Source: an uncultured virus (IMG/VR IMGVR_UViG_3300046463_000793) (lineage: Duplodnaviria > Heunggongvirae > Uroviricota > Caudoviricetes). Taken from it: a stretch of 20,000 nucleotides of DNA. Under the pieces are notes generated by a model. The model was not told where the DNA came from and searched no databases. It saw only the letters and a program-made list of their open reading frames with translations. This document shows positions 14,554 through 20,000 of this stretch, in pieces. The stretch lies in IMG/VR virus record IMGVR_UViG_3300046463_000793; one strand, given 5' to 3'. The position numbers were made by a program, and so were the translations under genes. Each line of letters begins with the position of its first letter. Within the stretch, counting starts at the first letter, position 1.

Positions 14554-17500
14554 TGGAGTGGGCCACCATCACCCGGCTGTCGCCGCACTGCGACGAGACT
14601 GCCGAGGGCTATCGTATATACAGAGATGTGCCGATCGCGCGCACCGGCACGCAGATCTACTGGGAGAACGAAGTGCCGCCGCTGCAGGGCGACGTCGGCG
14701 GCAGGGTGCATGTTGAACGCGATGCCGCGGAGGTGTTCAACCCCGACAGCATCCGTTCGTTTGAAGGCAAGCCGCTGGTGGACGATCATCCCTGGGAGCC
14801 GGTAGGCCCGGACAACTGGGACAATCTGGCGGTCGGCTACGTGGTCAACCCGCGCCGCGGCCAGGGGGTGCACGACGATCTGCTGCTGGCCGATCTGGTG
14901 TTCACCACCCGGCGCGGCATCGACGCGGTGAAGCGCGGCAAGCGGGCGATCAGCGTCGGCTACAACGCAGCCTATGAACAGACCGCACCAGGGCTTGGCC
15001 GGCAGAGAAGTATCTTTTGCAACCATGTTGCCCTGGTGGACGAAGGCCGTTGCGGCGCGCGCTGCAGCATCATGGATGGCCGCACGGTCTACAATTACGA
15101 CGCGGCATGGAATGAAGCGGAGCACCCGCGCGGCCAGCCAGAGAATGCCGGGCAGTTTGCCGAAGGCGGTGGCGGCGGGGCCGCAAAAACCAAAACCGGC
15201 CGTAAGAGCAAGGGCGCCGCATTCGTTTCGCCATCACTGGCTGAGCATCTCGACTTCCCGCAGGCGATCGCCGGGCTGAAGTCAAATCGCCAGCGCATCC
15301 TGGAGCAGGCGGCGCGCGAGATCGACCAGGGTCTCAAGCTGCGCTCACATAACATCGCAGCTGTCGGCGCATGGTCGGACGGCGCCGAGAACTCGATCAT
15401 GAGCGAGATCGATGGCGGAACGTTTGAGGAGTTGAGCGTTGCCGCTGCGATGAAGGCGCATCTTGCCGAGCAGAAGGACGCCCTGGTGTTCCAGGACGAT
15501 CCCAACGGCGATAAGTTCCTGTATAGCTTCCATGCCGCTGGCGACCTTGAGGAGATCCACAACAACCTGCTCGATGACGGTATTGAGTTCCACACTGTCG
15601 TCCCCACCAAGGATGGCGCCACGGTCTATGTGGCCGATATGTCGGGAGATGCGAAAGATGCCGTTGCCAAAGGTGCTCAGCGTTATCATTCGAAAGTCAC
15701 GGTCGACCAAGGACAAGCCAAGTTCATCGGGCCCGAAAACCAAGGTGGCACCGACGCCGAATACCGCGCGCGATCGCGCGCCGCCTACGAAGGAATCATT
15801 CGAAGCTCTGGGGTTCGAGGTGCGGACACCCTCTGGCAAAGGATATATAATACCTACGGGGCGACGCTTCACGGAGTAGGCGACGGCTGGACCGCCGACG
15901 TTGACTACGGTTGGCGCGAAGACATCGACTGGGATGACGACTGGGAAGAGGCCAAGCACCCGCGCGGCCAGCCGGAGAACAAGGGGGAATTCGCCAAAGG
16001 CGGGGGCGGCGGCGGATCCGGCGGCGGCAAGCGGGAATCGTTCGGCAAGAGCTACGTGCGCGCCGGTGAGACCGGCGAGAAGACCGCGGCCGGGGTTAAG
16101 GCGGAAGGCGGCAAGCAGGCCAAGGAGGCGGTCAACAAGATCGCCGGCAAGGCGTTCAAAACGATCAAGGGCGCGTTGGGTGCCGAGGACTATGAAATTG
16201 TCCACGAGCATTTCAAGGCCGCCAAATCCAAACCCAAAGAACGCGCCAAAATCGGAGGGTATCTGAGGCAGATGGCCAAGGCGGGCAAGAATCTGGCCAA
16301 GGCGCATTTGAAAGAAGAGGCGCACCACGCCAAGCACGCGGTGGGTGCGCTGCGCGCACTGGCCACCGGCAACAAGCCGACCAAGCAACAGGCCATGGGG
16401 CTGTTCTCCTACGGCGCGCGGGCGCTGATGATCACCGGCTCGATGGCGCTGGGTGATCCGACCGGCCACTCAGGGGCACTTGCCGCGACGTTCGCCGAAG
16501 ACGCGGTGCACCACGTGCTGCTCGAGCATGCGGTGAAGCTGTTCGTGGGTGGCGGGTTCGGCATGATCAAGGGCGCTGTCGCCAAGCCGGAGCGCGACGC
16601 AGACCCAGGCTGGCGCCCGGATCAGTCAGACGACGAGCCAAAGGACGGCGACCCACCGGACGGTGATGAGTCTGACGATCCCGAGGAGATGAGCGACGAG
16701 GACGCCGCGCTGCTGCAGAAGTTCTTGGAGTGTCTGGCGGATACCGTCGAGGACATGACCGAGGAGGACGCCGTGCGCGTCCTGGCGCAGGGCGAGACGC
16801 CGGACGAGGACGAGGACGAGGGCGACGACGACGACGATGACGGCGAGCCCCAGGCCAAAGGCGGGGAGTCCGACGACGAGACCCGCGACGTCGACCCTTG
16901 GTGGACCAGGGACATCGACTGGGATCCGGCGGAGCATCCGCGCGAGCCGGAGGGTGCGGCGGCGAGCAAAGGAGGCGAGTTCACCAAGGGTGCGGGCGCC
17001 AGTGCCGCACGGATGGCGGAGATCCGCGGCAAGAACAACGAGGCGAAAGCAAGCGAACGCGAGGGCAAGGCGAAACAACGCGAGGCCAAGGCGGCTGCCG
17101 CGGAAGCGAAAGCGGCATCGTTCAAGGAGCCGACGATTCCACGATCGAAGGAGGAGCCCTACGCCATCTCGACGCGGTTGCCATCCGAACCGCAACAAAA
17201 GAAAACCGGGGTCGACCCGCACAAGACCGCGTCGCTGCTGGTCGATTACGAGTCGACCCATCATCCCGAGGTGCAGGAGTGGTTGCAGAAGACCAGTGAT
17301 CTGCTGGTCGGCAACACGCTCTACAATCGCGGCCTCGACAAGGATAAAAAGAAGAAGCCACCCCTGCCCTATGTCGGAATGCCGCCGGGGCCAGCCGACG
17401 AAACACCGCGCGAAGCGACCGAGCGATTCATTAACTTCGCCAAAGACAACATTCTGTCGATCTACCATGCGGTGCCGACGGAATGGCGCCACCGCGCGTC

Positions 17501-18566
17501 GCTCTGGTATGACGGCGCCAATGCGGTGGCCCATAAATGGGCGAAGGACTACGACAAAACGCCACAGCAAATTGCTGGTGTGATCGCTGCACAGTCACCC
17601 AAAAAGGATTGGTTCCAGAACGTCGAAGTGGCCAAGCGCATTATAGAATACAACAGCGAGAAGATGCGTGGCACGGCGTTCAACGACAAGGCCGCCGAGC
17701 GGCTGGATGCATTTATTGCCGCCCGCAAGAAGCCGCAGGACCGGTTGCTGTATAGCGCGCTGCGCGACAAGCTGCGCAACCCGGATGGGTCGTGGATGAC
17801 GCTGGGGGAATTAACCGATCCGATTGAGCGCGCTGCCTTCATCAGCATGTATGATCAGGCCAACACCGATCTGCACTACAAGGAGCTCTCGCCGGAAGGT
17901 AAGTATGGCGATTTCGTGCGCAACAAGGATGTAGAACCCGAGGAGGCCGAAGAGGGCAAGAAGGCGAAGCCCGGCAAGATGGGTGATCCCACGGTGCTGG
18001 TCTGGCCGGTGATGGAAAACATCGCCAAGGGACTGCGGATCCTCGATGACGGGTCGGTGGAGAATATCTCAGCCAACCTGGGCGACGCGCACAAGGTGCG
18101 TAATTTTTTCATGAATATCATGTATCCGATGTCGAAGGGTGGCCATATCACTGCGGACACCCATGCGATTGCCGGGGCGTTCATGCGTCCACTCGGACAG
18201 AACGATCCGGAAGTGCTGGTCGGCCTGGGCAACGCCTCGCCGAGCAACAACACGCACGGTCTGGGTGGCACCTATCCAATCATCGCGGAGGCCTACCGCC
18301 GGGCCGCAGCTGAGGTGAGCAAGGAGGGCGAAGAGATCCTGGCGCGGCAGATGCAATCGATCGTCTGGGAGGGGCTGCGCGGGCTGTTCTCGCCGGAGGC
18401 GAAGCGCAACAAGAACCTGCGCCAGGACGTCGACAACGTCTGGCGCAAGCACATGGCGGATCCGGAAAAGTTCACCGCCGACATGGCGCGCAAGGCGATC
18501 ATGCGGATCGCCAACCCCGAAACCGGCGCGCCGCGCACACCGAAGTGGTATGCGCGGACGGCTTAA
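14553..18566 (+). CDS. DUF2213 prohead protease-like domain fused to three cargo modules (1337 aa); C-terminal HhH-GPD/DUF7178-like domain
   Basis: N-terminal about 175 aa: DVPIARTG.Q.Y, SFEGKPLVDDHP, GKRAISVGY, NHVALVDEGRCGARCSIMD. Three HPR motifs follow. C-terminus has WY..A, IAAQSP..W..N, HKVRNFFMNI, ITADTHA, AEAYRRAA, QMQSIVW. Confidence 0.9.
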   Translation: MEWATITRLSPHCDETAEGYRIYRDVPIARTGTQIYWENEVPPLQGDVGGRVHVERDAAEVFNPDSIRSFEGKPLVDDHPWEPVGPDNWDNLAVGYVVNPRRGQGVHDDLLLADLVFTTRRGIDAVKRGKRAISVGYNAAYEQTAPGLGRQRSIFCNHVALVDEGRCGARCSIMDGRTVYNYDAAWNEAEHPRGQPENAGQFAEGGGGGAAKTKTGRKSKGAAFVSPSLAEHLDFPQAIAGLKSNRQRILEQAAREIDQGLKLRSHNIAAVGAWSDGAENSIMSEIDGGTFEELSVAAAMKAHLAEQKDALVFQDDPNGDKFLYSFHAAGDLEEIHNNLLDDGIEFHTVVPTKDGATVYVADMSGDAKDAVAKGAQRYHSKVTVDQGQAKFIGPENQGGTDAEYRARSRAAYEGIIRSSGVRGADTLWQRIYNTYGATLHGVGDGWTADVDYGWREDIDWDDDWEEAKHPRGQPENKGEFAKGGGGGGSGGGKRESFGKSYVRAGETGEKTAAGVKAEGGKQAKEAVNKIAGKAFKTIKGALGAEDYEIVHEHFKAAKSKPKERAKIGGYLRQMAKAGKNLAKAHLKEEAHHAKHAVGALRALATGNKPTKQQAMGLFSYGARALMITGSMALGDPTGHSGALAATFAEDAVHHVLLEHAVKLFVGGGFGMIKGAVAKPERDADPGWRPDQSDDEPKDGDPPDGDESDDPEEMSDEDAALLQKFLECLADTVEDMTEEDAVRVLAQGETPDEDEDEGDDDDDDGEPQAKGGESDDETRDVDPWWTRDIDWDPAEHPREPEGAAASKGGEFTKGAGASAARMAEIRGKNNEAKASEREGKAKQREAKAAAAEAKAASFKEPTIPRSKEEPYAISTRLPSEPQQKKTGVDPHKTASLLVDYESTHHPEVQEWLQKTSDLLVGNTLYNRGLDKDKKKKPPLPYVGMPPGPADETPREATERFINFAKDNILSIYHAVPTEWRHRASLWYDGANAVAHKWAKDYDKTPQQIAGVIAAQSPKKDWFQNVEVAKRIIEYNSEKMRGTAFNDKAAERLDAFIAARKKPQDRLLYSALRDKLRNPDGSWMTLGELTDPIERAAFISMYDQANTDLHYKELSPEGKYGDFVRNKDVEPEEAEEGKKAKPGKMGDPTVLVWPVMENIAKGLRILDDGSVENISANLGDAHKVRNFFMNIMYPMSKGGHITADTHAIAGAFMRPLGQNDPEVLVGLGNASPSNNTHGLGGTYPIIAEAYRRAAAEVSKEGEEILARQMQSIVWEGLRGLFSPEAKRNKNLRQDVDNVWRKHMADPEKFTADMARKAIMRIANPETGAPRTPKWYARTA
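15099..16997 (+). repeat. Three dispersed D..W...HPR...G.F..G repeats inside the giant ORF (about 15099-15179, 15921-16016, 16911-16997)
   Basis: DAAWNEAEHPRGQPENAGQFAEGGGGG / DIDWDDDWEEAKHPRGQPENKGEFAKGGGGGG / DIDWDPAEHPREPEGAAASKGGEFTKGAG. Confidence 0.9.
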
Positions 18567-18766
18567 CGGCCGGCGCGTTCGCGCTCCAGGGCATCATAGT
18601 CGCGCAGGGATTCCGGCAAGCTGGCCTCGTCTTCGGCAGTCCAGTCGTAGTCGTCCATACCGAATGTCGCCATCGCGATGTAGTTCGCGCGGGTGAGCTG
18701 CTGCCCGTTGTCACGGAGCCATGTTAGCGTTGGGCTGTTTTTGATCTCGGCTTCGGTCACTGCCAT
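18563..18766 (-). CDS. Small acidic protein (67 aa), candidate immunity/partner of the glycosylase-like domain
   Basis: AAGGAG RBS; WLRDNGQQLTRANYIAMA...WTAEDEASLPESL; stop codon interlocks with the giant ORF stop (TTAA). The function is inference. Confidence 0.75.
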   Translation of the reverse strand: MAVTEAEIKNSPTLTWLRDNGQQLTRANYIAMATFGMDDYDWTAEDEASLPESLRDYDALERERAGR

Positions 18767-18767
18767 G

Positions 18768-19085
18768 TCAGTCTCCTTCGAATCTCCAGCCGTCGGTGCC
18801 GTGCAGGGCCCGTTTCCAGGCCACCTGACGGCTCAGCCCCAGGGCCCTTGCTGCCGCCCCGGCTGACGGGTAGCGCCCGTCTGGGGTCACCACAGCCCTG
18901 GCCTGGGCGTGATTGCCGGCGATGGTGTCCTGCTGGTTGATCCAGTCCTTAGCCTCCTGCACGGAGGTGAGGAAGGGCCGCGCCGGGCCCTTCGATAGCC
19001 GGCCGCCGATCGCATACAGCGGGCGGCCGGTGTCCGCGTGGGTAACGTCGGTGCGGACGATGGAACAGCTTTTGTAGGTGATCAT
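18768..19085 (-). CDS. Hypothetical protein with C-terminal NUMOD1-like HTH
   Basis: VVTPDGRYPSAGAAARALGLSRQVAWKR...GWRF; GGAGGAG RBS. Confidence 0.75.
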   Translation of the reverse strand: MITYKSCSIVRTDVTHADTGRPLYAIGGRLSKGPARPFLTSVQEAKDWINQQDTIAGNHAQARAVVTPDGRYPSAGAAARALGLSRQVAWKRALHGTDGWRFEGD

Positions 19086-19267
19086 TGGTGCTCCTCCAGG
19101 CGCTCGAGCAGATCGGCGACCGCCTCGTCCGCGGTCGCCCCGCGGCCGACGATCTGGCAGCTTGGATGAGCGTCTTCGGCGCCGTCATAGCTGTCGTCGT
19201 CGATCGCATAGAACCGGTCCGCGCGCGGCGCGAACCCGGTGTTGTCTTCCTCGACTCGGATCTTCAT
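19082..19267 (-). CDS. Hypothetical phage protein (61 aa)
   Basis: GGAG RBS; YAIDDDSYDGA...G.GAT..EAVADL motif; ATGA overlap. Confidence 0.8.
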   Translation of the reverse strand: MKIRVEEDNTGFAPRADRFYAIDDDSYDGAEDAHPSCQIVGRGATADEAVADLLERLEEHQ

Positions 19268-19268
19268 C

Positions 19269-19472
19269 TCAGTTCTCCAGTTTGGCGGCCAGCTTCTGCA
19301 GTTTGGCGGCGTCGCGCAGCCAGGGCTGGGCGGACGCGTTGTCCTGCCAGTTGGCGCGGAGGTGCTCTGCCTTTTCGTGGCAGATCTCGGCGACGATCTC
19401 GAGCAGACGCGCGAGGCTGGTTGCGTCGATGGTCTGCTCGATGACGTCGGCAGCGTCAGAAGGGATACTCAC
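19269..19472 (-). CDS. Hypothetical phage protein (67 aa)
   Basis: GTGA overlap and GGGAG RBS; ICHEKAEHLRANWQD motif. Confidence 0.8.
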   Translation of the reverse strand: MSIPSDAADVIEQTIDATSLARLLEIVAEICHEKAEHLRANWQDNASAQPWLRDAAKLQKLAAKLEN

Positions 19473-19675
19473 TGCACAAACTCCCATCGACCTACGGTGT
19501 TGCCGTTGCTGTCGCGCAGGGGGCCGCAGTCCCGCGTGTCGGGCCCGATACCTTTGACGACGGCAGTGGCCAGCGTCACCAGGATGAGGGCGATCTCAGG
19601 CCCGGGGTGGGGCTCACCGTCGTCATCGCAGAATGCGGCGTTGTCGGTGTCGATGCTCAGGATGAACTGGGCCAT
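19469..19675 (-). CDS. Hypothetical phage protein (68 aa, MAQFILSIDTDNAAF...RDSNGNTVGRW)
   Basis: GGAGGT RBS; TAATG overlap; motif typical of a small phage family. Confidence 0.8.
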   Translation of the reverse strand: MAQFILSIDTDNAAFCDDDGEPHPGPEIALILVTLATAVVKGIGPDTRDCGPLRDSNGNTVGRWEFVQ

Positions 19676-19869
19676 TACGCTGCCACCTCCAGGCCTTCGT
19701 TCTCGGCGCCGGCCAGGATGGCCAGGGCGTAGCGGGGCTCGACGGCGAAGCCGCCGCACCAGCGTTGCGCGGACGGGTCGAGGTTCTCCTCCAGCCAGTC
19801 GCGGCCTTCGGGGGTGACGCCGGACACGATCACGATCGAGCCGTGATCCTGCAGTTGAATGTCGAACAT
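19675..19869 (-). CDS. Hypothetical phage protein (64 aa)
   Basis: AAGGAG RBS; DHGSI...W...N...W......EPRY...I..G....GL motif. Confidence 0.8.
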   Translation of the reverse strand: MFDIQLQDHGSIVIVSGVTPEGRDWLEENLDPSAQRWCGGFAVEPRYALAILAGAENEGLEVAA

Positions 19870-20000
19870 CAATTTGACTCCTTGCGAATGAGGATGCAGG
19901 CGCCCGGGTGATACCGAGCTTTGCTGCCATCGGTGAACTGGATCCGAACAAACTTTGTTACGGGGGTGGTGGAGACCGCGCGCACCGGATACTCGATGCC

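Larger units (their letters stand above)
1..20000. mobile_element. Tailed bacteriophage / prophage segment (accessory genes plus DNA packaging and head module)
   Basis: TerS-TerL-portal-MuF-DUF2213 synteny; dense small ORFs with overlapping start/stop codons; no host housekeeping genes. Boundaries lie outside the window. Confidence 0.95.

Noticed and set aside
15099..16997. CRISPR array or DGR template/variable repeat
   Set aside because: The repeats are 0.8-1 kb apart, in frame and protein-coding. There is no adenine-specific mismatch pattern and no cas or reverse transcriptase gene in the window.
9246..17570. Long antisense ORFs (9246-10139, 10913-11737, 12418-13218, 15345-16469, 16626-17570)
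   Set aside because: These are shadow frames of high-GC genes and show no motifs.
1..20000. tRNA, rRNA, integrase/att site, introns or inteins in terL and portal
   Set aside because: None recognisable; terL and portal are uninterrupted and of ordinary length.

Overview
High-GC tailed-phage or prophage DNA. The GcrA-like gene points to an alphaproteobacterial host (inference). All family names come from motif recognition by eye; no database search was run. Layout: (1) 1-3.5 kb, rightward genes including a stand-alone RNA polymerase alpha-CTD protein and a GcrA-like HTH regulator, with a structured intergenic region at about 2.6-2.85 kb. (2) 3.6-8.0 kb, a leftward chain of about 15 small, mostly translationally coupled accessory genes. 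(3) 8.0-18.6 kb, a rightward packaging/head module: TerS, a small Acb2/Tad1-like hairpin protein, TerL, DUF1073-type portal, two hypotheticals, a MuF/SPP1-gp7 minor head protein, an inverted HNH-AP2 homing endonuclease, two small genes and a 1337-aa DUF2213 (prohead protease-like) protein. (4) 18.6-20 kb, another leftward small-gene cluster. The most notable element is the DUF2213 protein. It carries three cargo modules, each introduced by a D..W...HPR...G.F..G motif. The last module resembles an HhH-GPD DNA glycosylase and is abutted by a convergent 67-aa gene. This suggests a virion-loaded effector polyprotein, possibly with an immunity partner.
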